This document shows, piece by piece, positions 20,226 to 30,589 of a stretch of 64,000 nucleotides of DNA (positions are counted from its first letter, which is position 1; each line of letters opens with the position of its first letter). Source of the DNA: an uncultured Thermoleophilia bacterium (GTDB lineage Bacteria; Actinomycetota; Thermoleophilia; RBG-16-64-13); contig CAVYVU010000017.1 in assembly GCA_963772095.1 (NCBI GenBank), positions 31,402-95,401 on the forward strand. The letters run 5' to 3'. A model generated the notes under the pieces. The model worked only from the letters and a program-made list of their open reading frames with translations, made no database searches and had not been told where the DNA came from. Made by a program: the position numbers and the translations under genes.

Positions 20226-21256
20226 GGGCCGGCCGCTTCCTCCACGTCGTCGGGGTCTCGCTTCGCAGCATACCGAGGAATGATCGCACGCACCGTCATC
20301 AGTATGAGAGCCCCTACGACAAGCGTCATCCCCACCGCCTCACTCGGCCCCGGCCGCTCCCCCAGTTGTATCCATGCAGCAAGTACGCCGATGACCGGCG
20401 CAGCGAGACTTCCTATCCCAGCCCGACCGGCGGGGAGCTTGTGCAAGAAGTAGAGCCATAGGACCCAACCCACCGCGTTCGCCAGAATGACGTTGAAGGC
20501 CAAAGCCCAGATGAAAGTCCCCGACCAGACCGGGCCTCTGTCGGCCGTCAGAGCAGCAATCAAGATGAGAGGTATAGAACCAAGAAGCATCTGCCATGCA
20601 GTGAGAGACAGAAGGTCCACCTCATGATGCCGCCGCAGTATCTTGGCAACGACCGCGCTGGCTGCCCAGCAGAAGCCACCAGCCACGGCGAGGAAGCTGC
20701 TAAGGCCCCCCTGCAGGTGCCACGGGGCCAGGATGAGGATCAGTCCACAGAAAGCCGCACCCACTGCCACCCACTGGAGATCGTGCAGCCTCTCGCCCAG
20801 GACGATCCAGGCCATGAGCAACAGCCAGAACGGCATGGTGTAGACGAGCACGGAAGTCTTGCCCGCGCCCCCACTCACGAGCGCCCACATCACCAGGCCC
20901 ACAAAGCCGGTGGTCTGGAGGAGGCCCAGCGCGAGGGTCAGACCGAGGGCCTTCGGCCTGAGCGGCTTCCGCAGGATAGGCAGCAACATGAACAGCGTCA
21001 CAGCGCCGAGAAAACTGCGCAGGGCTGCGAAGGTGAACGGCTGGGAGTAGCGCAACCCCTGCTTCATGACCACCCAGTTGTAACCCCAGATCAGGGCGAG
21101 CAAGGCCAGGGCCAGGAGCGGGAGGTGGCGGGTGAGACCACTTGCAACCTGCCTGGTAGGCGCCTTGACGGCGGGCGCCTTCAGGGGATCGCCGTCCGTG
21201 GCGCGGGTTGATCCCGGCAAGACCGGCCTGGCTTCTCGTTCTGCCTTCCTCGTCAC
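20222..21256 (-). CDS. DMT-superfamily (EamA-like) transporter
   Basis: 344-aa ORF, 10 predicted TM helices, duplicated EamA-type halves; ATGA overlap with the downstream LarA-like gene. Confidence 0.75.
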   Translation of the reverse strand: MTRKAEREARPVLPGSTRATDGDPLKAPAVKAPTRQVASGLTRHLPLLALALLALIWGYNWVVMKQGLRYSQPFTFAALRSFLGAVTLFMLLPILRKPLRPKALGLTLALGLLQTTGFVGLVMWALVSGGAGKTSVLVYTMPFWLLLMAWIVLGERLHDLQWVAVGAAFCGLILILAPWHLQGGLSSFLAVAGGFCWAASAVVAKILRRHHEVDLLSLTAWQMLLGSIPLILIAALTADRGPVWSGTFIWALAFNVILANAVGWVLWLYFLHKLPAGRAGIGSLAAPVIGVLAAWIQLGERPGPSEAVGMTLVVGALILMTVRAIIPRYAAKRDPDDVEEAAGP

Positions 21257-21499
21257 TCGGCTCCTCTCTCAGGGACCCCTCAGCCATGTTGCTCGTCTGA
21301 CGCGGTTCACGGGTCATAAGTCTCAGGGGGCAGCCCGATCCGATGAGTGGCCGCGAGCCCGGTCCCATGCGACTCTAGCAGTTGGTCATGGAGTCTAGAA
21401 ACATCTGCCGGAAATCGTCGGTGGCGGCGGGCCGCGGGGAAAGTTTCGTGACCTTGTGCTGAGGAAGGGCCCCTTCGACCAGGCAGACCGGAGTTCCTA

Positions 21500-21993
21500 C
21501 CCCACCAATTCCTCTTGCGACCTGGCCTCGTTCTCAACTCTCCCGGGCACGTCCGTCAGGCCAAGGGCGAGCATGGCTATATCGTCCGTGAGCGCCCCAG
21601 CCGAAAACGCCGGGACTTTGGCCGAGGACCGCCTCAGGGACTGATCCAGGTGAGAGATCGGGGCTGCGCTTGAGCGCCCGCGCGCGGCCCTCCTCACCGA
21701 AGAACTCGCCCTCGGCGCGCCTCGATGGCCCCGTCGGTGTACAGAAGGAGCAAGTCTTCCGTGGCCAACCAGAGCTCGCGGTCTAGCCAGGAGTGAGCCC
21801 AGAGCACGGGCTCGAGAGGTCCGAGCCACGAGGAGGTACGGCCCTTTGCCCAAAATGCCGGGTGTCGAGCGCGCGCACATTCTACCAGCCGTGCGCCGTC
21901 CGGCGCGGGCCAGACAGCGTCACTTCTCGGGAACGACTTCCCAGCCCGCCATATCGCGCACCTTCTCCAGGCAGGCTTCGATGCCCACCGCAC
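21500..21993 (-). pseudogene. remnant of a PP2C/SpoIIE-type phosphatase domain (C-terminal about 100 aa only, with an internal frameshift)
   Basis: LLLYTDGAIEARRG and DDIAMLALGL motifs in two frames; no N-terminal part of the domain; abuts the stop codon of the truncated XDH-family gene. Confidence 0.45.
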
Positions 21994-23242
21994 GAACCCT
22001 CTGACCGGTCCCAGCTCGGTCGCCGTCGCGCAGGATGTTTCTAAAACGGAACTCGAGAGGATCCATGCCTAGTTGCTCCGCGATGATGTCCATCATCAGC
22101 TCCACGCAGAATGTGGGCTGCGACATGCCAAAGCCTCGAAAAGGACCGCTCTGCACTTTATTGGTGTATACCACCCACGTCTCCGCGAGCTGGTTCGGTA
22201 TCCGGTAAGGGCCCGACCCGATCAACGTGGTCTTATTGCTGATAATGATGCCGTGAGAGGCGTAGGCGCCGCTATTGGTGATGTGCTTGCGATGGATGGC
22301 AAGAAGTGTCCCGTCCGCTTTCACGCCCATCTTGTAGGTGGAGTACACCGGCAGCTTGGTGGACGCGTAGCGGAAGTCTTCGGCCGTATTGAGAGCCCAA
22401 CGCACGGGCCGGCCTGCCTTCAGGGCCAAGACGGCGATGTTCGGCTCGATGGTAATGTTGTCCTTCTGGCCGAAGCCGCCGCCGAGAGGCGGCGCGATCA
22501 GGCGGACCCTGTTGAGCGGCAGTCCCAGAGCCTTGGCCAACGCCGGCTGGTGCCAGAACGGCATCTGCGTGCTGGAATAGACCGTGATCCGGTCGGGGCC
22601 TTCGGGCTTGGCCAAGCAGACATGTCCTTCCAGGGGCACATTGCGTTGCGGCGAAGTGCTGAAGGAATGCTCCACCACCAGGTCGGACTGAGCGAAGGCC
22701 GACTCCACGTCACCGTGCACCAAGCGCATGCACTCGTGCCCGTGGGCAAGCACTACGTTCCCCCTGCAGTATTTCCCCTCGCCCTCCTCGTGAATCAGGG
22801 GCGCGTCCGAGGACATGGCTGCTCTCGCATCGAAAACGGCCGGCAGCCGCTCGTACCTCACCTTGATGAGCTCGAGCGCCTGCAGCGCTATCTCCTCCGT
22901 ATCCGCGGCAACTACCGCAAGCGGTTCGCCTCGCGAGCGGACCTTCTCGTAGGCAAAGACCGGCTGATCCTGGACTATCAGCCCGGTGATATTGTCCGGA
23001 CAGTCCTTGGCGGTGGCGACTGCCCGCACCCCGGGCAGTCGCTCAGCCGCACTCGTGTCAAGCTCGAGGATGCGGGCATGGTCCTCCGTACTCAACAGGC
23101 CCTTGGCACACAGCATGCCGGGGAAATGGAGGTCGGCGGTATACTGCACTGCGCCCGTTACCTGCTGTCTCCCGTCCACGCGCGGGCGACGCCTTCCGAT
23201 CTCCGCGAACTTCATGCAAAACCTCCTGTCGTGGCCACGCAA
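21920..23242 (-). CDS. xanthine dehydrogenase/aldehyde oxidase-family molybdopterin-binding subunit, C-terminally truncated (440 aa of an expected roughly 750)
   Basis: a/b-hammerhead and Mo-binding domain motifs (GHVCLAKPEG, PPLGGGFGQK, SGPFRGFG); ORF stops at GWEVVPEK with no in-frame continuation; no FAD or 2Fe-2S subunit genes nearby. Confidence 0.65.
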   Translation of the reverse strand: MRGHDRRFCMKFAEIGRRRPRVDGRQQVTGAVQYTADLHFPGMLCAKGLLSTEDHARILELDTSAAERLPGVRAVATAKDCPDNITGLIVQDQPVFAYEKVRSRGEPLAVVAADTEEIALQALELIKVRYERLPAVFDARAAMSSDAPLIHEEGEGKYCRGNVVLAHGHECMRLVHGDVESAFAQSDLVVEHSFSTSPQRNVPLEGHVCLAKPEGPDRITVYSSTQMPFWHQPALAKALGLPLNRVRLIAPPLGGGFGQKDNITIEPNIAVLALKAGRPVRWALNTAEDFRYASTKLPVYSTYKMGVKADGTLLAIHRKHITNSGAYASHGIIISNKTTLIGSGPYRIPNQLAETWVVYTNKVQSGPFRGFGMSQPTFCVELMMDIIAEQLGMDPLEFRFRNILRDGDRAGTGQRVRAVGIEACLEKVRDMAGWEVVPEK

Positions 23243-23266
23243 GCTTCCCGATCCATGCCCGCGCCC

Positions 23267-24494
23267 TTACAGAAGGATGATCTCTTGTGGCGAATGGTGG
23301 ATCTTCTCGGCCCCATTCGGGTCGCCCACGATGTAGTTGTCGCAGCACATGATCCACAACCGGCCCGGCTTGACCAGCACAGGATGGACCGCGATATTCA
23401 TGCCCGCGAAAAGCTCCCAGGGTTCGTCAAGGCGGAGGCTGGGCCGCTCCACGAGAGAATAGCCTTGGCCGTGCGAGAAGGAACGGGTGGGCGGGACATA
23501 GCCTCTTTCCACCATGAAGTCTTTGGCCATGGTGTAGAGGTCCTTGCAGCTCGCACCGGGAACCATGTGCTTGGCGATCAGATGCTGGCACTCGACCGAG
23601 TTCGCCCAGCCCTCTTTCAGCTCCTGGTCGGGCTCACAGCCCACGCAGAACACCCGGAAGAGCTTCAGCATAGAGCCCACCCGGACCGTTGGTCTCATTA
23701 AGGACGGAGAGCTGGTCGCCCTCCTGGATCACGCGGCCCTGGAGATGGTAGACGTCGAACGGAGCAAACGTGCCCATCGGACCAGAGTTCACGAGAACGA
23801 GACCGCGGCCGCTGCCGTGCTTGCTCATGAAGTAGTGCGTCTCGGCGTAGACGTCGTAATCGCGCATACCGGGTTTGATGGTGGCCTTGAGATGTTCCAC
23901 GCACGCGTCGTGGATGGAGGCCGTGACCTTGGTCTGGGCGATCTCTTCTTCACTCTTGGCAGCACGGAGCAGATCCACCCACTCGGTGGCGTCCACGAAG
24001 GTGGCGTCCGGTAGGTTCTCCTGGAGATATCCGGCGAACGTCATGGGGATGAAGGACGGCTCCACCCAACCGATGGTGGCTTTGGGCTTTTCCTTGAGGA
24101 CATCCACGGCCAGCTTGCCGTCGTAGTACTTCGAGAAGCCGAAGGTGGGGAAGTACACGTCTCCCAGGTTGTTCTTGATGCCCCGGGCGCCCCATTTGGG
24201 AGGAAAGCCCTGGGGAAGCGGCGGCTCATTGCCGCAGTTGATGACGGTCATGTCCTCGTGCAGGGGGAAGATGACGGTCATGGGAAACTGATGGCGAGCG
24301 GTCCAGTCGGTGAACCAGCGCAGGGACCCGCCCATGAACTCCTCGTCGTTCTGCATGACGAGATAGTCGATCTTCTTCTCCCGCATCATGGAGCGCACTG
24401 CATCCCAGCGGCGTTGCATCTCTTGGTCGGAAGTGGGGTCGACGAACCTACCCATTGGGTTTTCCACAGCACAACCTCCTTGACGTCTCTTCAC
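23267..24494 (-). pseudogene. M24-family metallopeptidase (Xaa-Pro aminopeptidase/creatinase-like) split by a frameshift near 23640-23700
   Basis: N-terminal creatinase/prolidase domain in ORF 23634..24494; C-terminal pita-bread catalytic region (HGQGYSLVE ... IAVHP) in ORF 23267..23698. Confidence 0.7.
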
Positions 24495-24646
24495 AGTGGA
24501 ACGGCCTCGACTCCGAGCGTGTCTCCTCAGAAGTGGAAGCCCCGGGAACAGTCAGATCGAAACCAAGACAGTTCACAATGTGAACCGCGCGGTGCGATTG
24601 TTGGAGCGAACATACACCGACTGTTCCGCTCAGACAACAGGCGCGG

Positions 24647-26395
24647 TTACAGATCCAGGTCCCAGGTCTGACTGCTCAACGCCTTGTGACTCTCGAAGCG
24701 GTTCACATAGTCGCCCGCAAACAGGGTGACGGAGTTTGAAGTCACATCTATTCTCAGGTGGGAGTCGGGATGCCGTGCCCGCAGCACGTTGGCGAGTAGC
24801 AGCGCTTTCTCAGCGCCGTCGCCGCGGCCGAAGTTCCAGACCTCGTCGGGCTGAGCCAGGCGGCCGGGCTCGTCGTAGATCGATTCGTCCGCGAAGGACT
24901 CCACGCGCTGCACAAGCGCATCGTCCTCCAGGTCGAGGGAGCCGGCGATAGACACGGGGTTGCGCTCCAGGGCGGCCTTTAGGAAAGGAGTGGGGTCGAC
25001 GCGATTAAGGTCGCGGTACGCGTCGAAGGCCAGGTAGGCCAGCTCGTTGTCCGCGCGGATATCCTCGAGGCGGGCCAGAACTTGATCGCGAGACATGCCC
25101 GGGTCGAGACCTAGAGGCCGCTGTTGGCGGCTGAAGGTCTTGGTGGTCGCGTCCGGCAGGCGCGGTTCCACCAGCGCGAAACGGTGCAAGCCCTCTATCG
25201 CGTCGGCGGCAGCCGCGCAATTCGAGGCAAACTGCTCTTTGAGACGAGCGAATCCGTCCGGTGTGCGGATATCCACATGCTCCCGGCGGACGTATTCTTC
25301 CAGGTCGTCAAGCACCAGGCGGTTTGGCAAGGGATGCGGTTCAAAATCCTCTCCGGAGACCTCGGCCATGAGCTTCTCGCGGGTGTCGTCGTTGAAACGG
25401 TAGGGGCAGCCCTGCTCGTAGGCCAACAACTTGTCTGCCCCGATATAACGATCCACCCCGAAGTTGTGCCAACGCACCTGGAGGCAGGCCTGCAACTGGC
25501 AAGAGTGCCGGACGAAGTTCCCCAAGATCTCCGGTGAGAGCGGCGTGCGCAGGAAGTTGCGCAGTCTGGACGCAAAATGGCGATATGCGGATGGGTCGAT
25601 AGTGGCCTGCGGATAGAGCATGTGAATGCAGCCGCTTTCGTGCGCCACCACCGTGACCCGCTCGTTCTCCAGGGCGCGCCGGGCCTGGGCGGAAAGAGCG
25701 GTGCCGTTATACCACATGGTCTTCGTGACCAGACGCCGGTTGTTGGTGAGGATGCCCTCCCCCACGTCCACGAAATCCTGCGAATGCAGTGGCGTGGCCA
25801 TCAGGAAGATCTCCTTCAGCGAGATGCCGGCCACGACGAACAACGCCGCCGCGTACAACACCGCGAGCGAGACACACTCTCCAGCTCCAGTCCCGTAACC
25901 GGGCTTGAAGCGGAAGGCGTCCATCGCCTCCACGGTCTCGGTCTTCCAATAAGGGATGGTGTTGCCCTCATATTTGTCCAGGCCGAAGTGCGTGCGAATG
26001 TCGATATCGAAGTAGTACTTGTCGCCCTCGTAGCCAAAGAGCGCGTTCGACTGAGAGAGCGCCTCCGGGCTGACGTAATCCCGGAAGCGGGCCATCTCGC
26101 GTTCCTTGGTGGTGAGACCCCAGGTATCCAGGTCCAGGTTGAAGGCGTAGTGGTCCATGATGTATTGCTTGAGCCGCAGGATGCGCCGGTACGGCTTCAG
26201 CTTATCGAGGCCTGCGAACCAGGGGTCGTCGCGCCACCGCCAGAGCCGCGGCGACATGATATTTGCCAGCACCAGGCTGTACATCAGCTCCGGGAAGATG
26301 AACACTTCCATGTCCGACAACGTCACCGCCGACGAGCGGCGCTCCATGTCACGGCCAGAGATGGCAGGGGCATCGGTCACAGTTTCCGTCCGCAT
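24647..26395 (-). CDS. hypothetical 582-aa protein; possible transglutaminase-like (papain-fold) core
   Basis: long ORF with coding-like composition; GTGAGECVSLAVLYAAAL ... PLHSQDFVDVG resembles a TGase-like Cys/His/Asp segment (weak, from memory). Confidence 0.45.
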   Translation of the reverse strand: MRTETVTDAPAISGRDMERRSSAVTLSDMEVFIFPELMYSLVLANIMSPRLWRWRDDPWFAGLDKLKPYRRILRLKQYIMDHYAFNLDLDTWGLTTKEREMARFRDYVSPEALSQSNALFGYEGDKYYFDIDIRTHFGLDKYEGNTIPYWKTETVEAMDAFRFKPGYGTGAGECVSLAVLYAAALFVVAGISLKEIFLMATPLHSQDFVDVGEGILTNNRRLVTKTMWYNGTALSAQARRALENERVTVVAHESGCIHMLYPQATIDPSAYRHFASRLRNFLRTPLSPEILGNFVRHSCQLQACLQVRWHNFGVDRYIGADKLLAYEQGCPYRFNDDTREKLMAEVSGEDFEPHPLPNRLVLDDLEEYVRREHVDIRTPDGFARLKEQFASNCAAAADAIEGLHRFALVEPRLPDATTKTFSRQQRPLGLDPGMSRDQVLARLEDIRADNELAYLAFDAYRDLNRVDPTPFLKAALERNPVSIAGSLDLEDDALVQRVESFADESIYDEPGRLAQPDEVWNFGRGDGAEKALLLANVLRARHPDSHLRIDVTSNSVTLFAGDYVNRFESHKALSSQTWDLDL

Positions 26396-26465
26396 GTCTC
26401 GCGCCTCGCTTTTTGTTTGCCAATGCCACCTTACACCGTGCCGGCGACGACGAAGGGGGCAAATG

Positions 26466-28121
26466 CTATCGTGCCGCCGTCAACGCGTCGTTCACCACCG
26501 TCTGCGCTTCCTCCAAGATCCGATGCAAATGACCGGCCCCCCGAAAGCTCTCGGCGTAGATCTTGTAGATGTCCTCGGTCCCGGACGGACGCGCCGCAAA
26601 CCAGCCGCTGCCAGCTACCACCTTGATCCCACCGATCGAGGCGCCGTTACCCGGCGCGCGGGTGAGGACGGCCTGGATCGGCTCACCGGCCAGCTCCTTG
26701 CTTACAACCTGCTGCGGCGAAAGCCGCCCGAGCATCTGCTTCTGTTCCGGGCTCGCCGGAGCCTCCACGCGGTCGTACGCCGGCTCGCCGAACTCGCAGT
26801 GTCAGCTGCCGGTAGATGATCGCCCGGATCGTGGCCGGTGCGCGCGGTGATCTCCGCGGCCAGCAAGGCCGGGACGATGCCGTCTTTGTCGGTGGTCCAG
26901 ACACTACCGTCCAACCGCGCGAAGGTGGCACCGGCGCTCTCCTCTCCGGCAAAGCCGAGTGAGCCGTCGAGCAAACCTTCCACGAACCACTTGAACCCCA
27001 CGGGCACCTCGTAGAGCTGCCGGCCAAGCTTCGCTGTGACCAGGTCGATCATCCGGCTGCTCACCACCGTCTTGCCCACCGCCGCTGAATGGCCCCAACT
27101 CGGCCGGTTTTGGAAGAGGTAGTAGAGCGGCCGACGGCAAGGTAATGGTTGGGCGGGAGCAGGCCCGCACTGTGGGTCACGATCCCGTGCCGGTCCGCAT
27201 CGGTGTCACAGGCCAGAGCGATCTCGAAACGATCTTTGAGATCGATCAGCCTCTGCATGGCGTACGGCGAGGACGGGTCCATGCGGATCCGGCCGTCCCA
27301 ATCCACGGTCATGAACCGGAATGTGGGATCGACAGCGTCGTTGACCACCGTGAGGTCCAGCCCGTAGCTCTCCGCGATGAGCGGCCAGTAGTGGACAGAT
27401 GCTCCGCCCAGGGGATCCACCCCGATCCTGACCCCCGCGGCGCGGATGGCACCCATGTCGACCACCTTCACCAGATCGGCGACGTAGGCCTTGAGAAAGT
27501 CGTGCCGGTGCGTGGTCGGGGCGCGCAAGGCGTTTTCGAAGGAAATACGCTTCAGCCCCTTGAGGCCGCCCGCGAGGAATCGATTCGCCCTCTTGCTCTA
27601 TCCAGCCGGTCACCTCGGGTTCGGCGGGTCCGCCGTGTGGCGGGTCGTACTTGAAGCCACCCTCGGAGGGCGGGTTGTGCGAGGGGGTTATGACTATCCC
27701 ATCGGCGAATCCCGACCTTCTCCCTTGGTTGTAGTCGAGGATGGCGTGGGAGACCACAGGAGTCGGCGTGTACTCATCGCCGTCCGATATCATCACCTCC
27801 ACCCCGTTTGCCGCAAGGACTTCCAGCGCACTCGCGAACGCGGGCGCCGAGAGTGCATGCGTGTCGATGCCCACGAAGAGCGGCCCATCTATCTTCTGCT
27901 GCTTGCGGTATAGACAGATCGCTTGAGCTGATCGCCAGGATGTGCCATTCGTTGAAGGACCCTTCGAACGCGGAGCCGCGATGTCCCGAGGTGCCGAACA
28001 CCACCCGCTCTGCGGGGTCGGTCGGATCGGGCGTCTTCGTGTAGTACGCCGTGACCAGTCGCGACACGTCGACGAGAATCGACGGGTCGGCGGGCGTTCC
28101 GGCAAGAGGGCTGATCTTCAC
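26466..28121 (-). pseudogene. pgm: alpha-D-phosphohexomutase (phosphoglucomutase) broken by at least 4 frameshifts
   Basis: N-terminus [25 protein letters not shown] (27774..28121); active-site GIVITPSHNPPSEGGFKY (27206..28105); domain II (27061..27528); domain III (26702..27079); C-terminus PSGTEDIYKIYAESF (26466..26768); all different frames. Confidence 0.8.
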
Positions 28122-28133
28122 GCGTGTTTCGCC

Positions 28134-28958
28134 CTAGATCACCAATTCGTTGTACGTCTTCTCCACGAGTGCCTGGCCATACTTCTTCTCCAGACGCATC
28201 ACCACGAAATGTCCTCGAGCCATTTCCTGGAAATGATCCATGAACAAGTAATTGACGATGCCTCCCGAGACCGCTCCGATGATCGGTATCGCCATGGCCG
28301 CGGCTTCTTCGGTCACCACACTGCTGAACCGGGAAGCGATGGCCGCGATGAGCCTGGCCAGAGGCGGAGCGCCCCTCTCAGTAAGCCCCTTCTCGGCCAG
28401 ATGACTAGCGGCCTCCGACATGGACTTGGCGAGCGCTCCCCTGACGGTCCAGTACGCGGTTTCCACCGAGTCGTCTTGTGGGCTCGTCCCGCCAAGAGCC
28501 AGAACTTCGAGGCAGGCTAGCTTAGTCTGCACGAGCGAGATGTCGTGGCCCTCGCTCCGTGCGATGTCGGCGATGGAGCGCAACATGACGCATGTGGAGA
28601 AGGGAAGTTCGACGATCAGGGAGTAGAGTCCCACGGCGCCGGCCGCAACCCCGGAACTTGCTACGATCGCCTTATGCAGCCAATTGCGGGCGTCCCTCTT
28701 ATCCCGGCTGCCCATGGTCAGGATCGCGAAATCCAGACCCCTACGAAGAGCTGCTTCGGTCGCCACACCCACTTTCTGGTTCCAGTTCTTCGGCAGCAGC
28801 TTGAAGCCGGCCTCGATCGGTCGCCCCACCAGATCGGCCATCTTAGCCGTCAGGCTCGGGTGCTCGAGCTTGGTCTTCGCCGCCCTCAGGTCGTCCAGGT
28901 CGCACTCGCTGAACTTCAATGCACCCTCTTCGGTCATGTCTTCACCTCGCGCCTTCAT
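28134..28958 (-). CDS. EcsC-family protein
   Basis: start refined to ATG at 28958 (MKARGEDMTEEG), which overlaps the upstream PLD stop in an ATGA; the longer 381-aa ORF has an Arg-rich non-coding-like N-extension. Confidence 0.6.
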   Translation of the reverse strand: MKARGEDMTEEGALKFSECDLDDLRAAKTKLEHPSLTAKMADLVGRPIEAGFKLLPKNWNQKVGVATEAALRRGLDFAILTMGSRDKRDARNWLHKAIVASSGVAAGAVGLYSLIVELPFSTCVMLRSIADIARSEGHDISLVQTKLACLEVLALGGTSPQDDSVETAYWTVRGALAKSMSEAASHLAEKGLTERGAPPLARLIAAIASRFSSVVTEEAAAMAIPIIGAVSGGIVNYLFMDHFQEMARGHFVVMRLEKKYGQALVEKTYNELVI

Positions 28959-30463
28959 CACCCGTCGAGGACAAGGCCTTGCAGCGGGCCCAGCAGCCTC
29001 TCGGACCGCCGGGACACATGGGGCAGCTTCGTCAGCCGATGGGTCATGGGCTCGCCCGCGGTCCGCCGTAGATGCTGTTCTTCGGCCCGTGGCTTCCACA
29101 ACTCGTCTATCACGGTGGCCGGGTCGCCGGAGACGCTCGCCAGGGGCAACTCCATGTGCTCGGCCCATAGGCGCTCGCGGGTGGTCCTTGCAATCTCCGG
29201 GCCGTACACGGCCACGTTGAGCTCCGTGTCGTTGAAGAGACTGTGGTCGTTCAAGTTCGCGGACCCCACCGTGAGCCACCGGTCGTCGACGATGGCGAGC
29301 TTGGCGTGCACATACACAGCCCGCGACTGATCGCCGGCGTGGGAGTAGATGGTGGAGGCGGTCAGGCGGCCGTCATGGTCCGCCTCGATCAGCGCGCCGA
29401 GCTGACCCTTGGTGTCGTCCGTCCCAGTGGCAGCTTTGGCCGGGAGCAACAGGACCATGCGAAAATCGTCCGCGGGCGGCGTGATCAGCTTCTTTCGCAG
29501 CACCTCCACTATCTCTGGAGACCAGAGGAACTGGTTCTCGATGTAGATGAGATGCTTTGCCGACGAAAGGGCCCGCATGTAAGACTCGAGAATGCGGAAC
29601 ACCCCTCGCGGCACGGAAGGGTAGATGACCTCCGGAATGGTCGCCAGCACCTGCACGTCGTGCTTCCCGGCGCTGTCACCCGGCCTGATCGGCGGCAGAC
29701 TCTCTCCCGAGACCGCTTTCCAGCGAAGGCGAAAGTGCGCGGATACGTCCGCCGCTGCCGGCCCGTGCACCTCAGCGGCGAGGTCGTGCCACCCGATCCC
29801 CTTTCGCAGCGGGTGCTCGCTCGAATCGAACCGGTCGCCTCGAAGGTCCGTATGGTCGAGTCCGCCGACGAAGGCCACCTGGTCGTCGATGACCACGATC
29901 TTCTCGTGGTGCGTATGCAGCGGGCGCTCGTGGCTGTCGAGCAAGCAGCGGATGCGCGTCCCACGCGTGAGCTCGTCGCGAGTGCGCTTGATCTCGGGGC
30001 GTCCGACGAGCGACCAGGCGACGGGAGGACCGGACCAGAGCAACACCCGAACGTCGACTCGGCCGGCGAGCTCGGCCAGCAGCTCGCGGATGGTCGGGCC
30101 GTCGCGCGGGGAGTCGACTGGACCACCGCCGTCCAAGCGAAAGTCGGGCGTCACGAACCAGTTTGCGAGGTAGATGTGCGACCGCGCCTGCATCATGGCG
30201 CGGTGCATGGCGGGAAAGACTTCGGCTCCGTCGATGTGTATCTTGATGCTGTTGCCCTCGCGGAGTGCGGGATCCCCGCCCGCGCGGAGACCGGTCGCAT
30301 CCTCATCCAAGATCCTCTGCCAACCCACTCTGCGCAGGCGCCTCAGATGGTGACCTTCTACGGTCCTTTCCAGGACCTCCCCGGCGGCGCGATCCATCAT
30401 CGAGATGGCATTTTTGACTCCCATAGTGGGTCGATACCCAATGCCTGCCTTCGGGAATCGCAA
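28958..30463 (-). CDS. phospholipase D-superfamily protein with two HKD motifs (PLD/cardiolipin-synthase-like, cytoplasmic)
   Basis: HHEKIVVIDDQVAFVGGLD and HAKLAIVDDRWLTVGSANLNDHS HxKx4D motifs; no signal peptide or TM helix. Confidence 0.8.
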   Translation of the reverse strand: MRFPKAGIGYRPTMGVKNAISMMDRAAGEVLERTVEGHHLRRLRRVGWQRILDEDATGLRAGGDPALREGNSIKIHIDGAEVFPAMHRAMMQARSHIYLANWFVTPDFRLDGGGPVDSPRDGPTIRELLAELAGRVDVRVLLWSGPPVAWSLVGRPEIKRTRDELTRGTRIRCLLDSHERPLHTHHEKIVVIDDQVAFVGGLDHTDLRGDRFDSSEHPLRKGIGWHDLAAEVHGPAAADVSAHFRLRWKAVSGESLPPIRPGDSAGKHDVQVLATIPEVIYPSVPRGVFRILESYMRALSSAKHLIYIENQFLWSPEIVEVLRKKLITPPADDFRMVLLLPAKAATGTDDTKGQLGALIEADHDGRLTASTIYSHAGDQSRAVYVHAKLAIVDDRWLTVGSANLNDHSLFNDTELNVAVYGPEIARTTRERLWAEHMELPLASVSGDPATVIDELWKPRAEEQHLRRTAGEPMTHRLTKLPHVSRRSERLLGPLQGLVLDG

Positions 30464-30589
30464 GACTCGCCGGCCTTGACCGCACTTGCCTTCGCCGACG
30501 GGGGAAAAGACCTAGCGACGGCGCCCGGCGAGGGCGACCGAAGAATAGAAAGCGCGCTACGCGCAATGGCGCGGCGGGCCCAGCCTAGC

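Noticed and set aside
22073-23701. Long ORFs antisense to real genes, for example 7441..8919, 9538..10731, 22073..23701, 25577..26626, 29243..31042, 50497..52131, 55646..56767 and 56849..57952
   Set aside because: They lie entirely opposite high-GC coding regions with clear family matches on the other strand. Their translations are Arg/Pro/Gly-rich, low-complexity and have no recognisable domains. These are typical shadow ORFs of GC-rich DNA.
28134-29279. 381-aa version of the EcsC-family ORF with a long N-terminal extension
   Set aside because: The first 107 residues are Arg/Gly/Pro-rich and overlap the PLD gene in another frame. An internal ATG overlaps the upstream stop codon in an ATGA, which gives a much more credible start.
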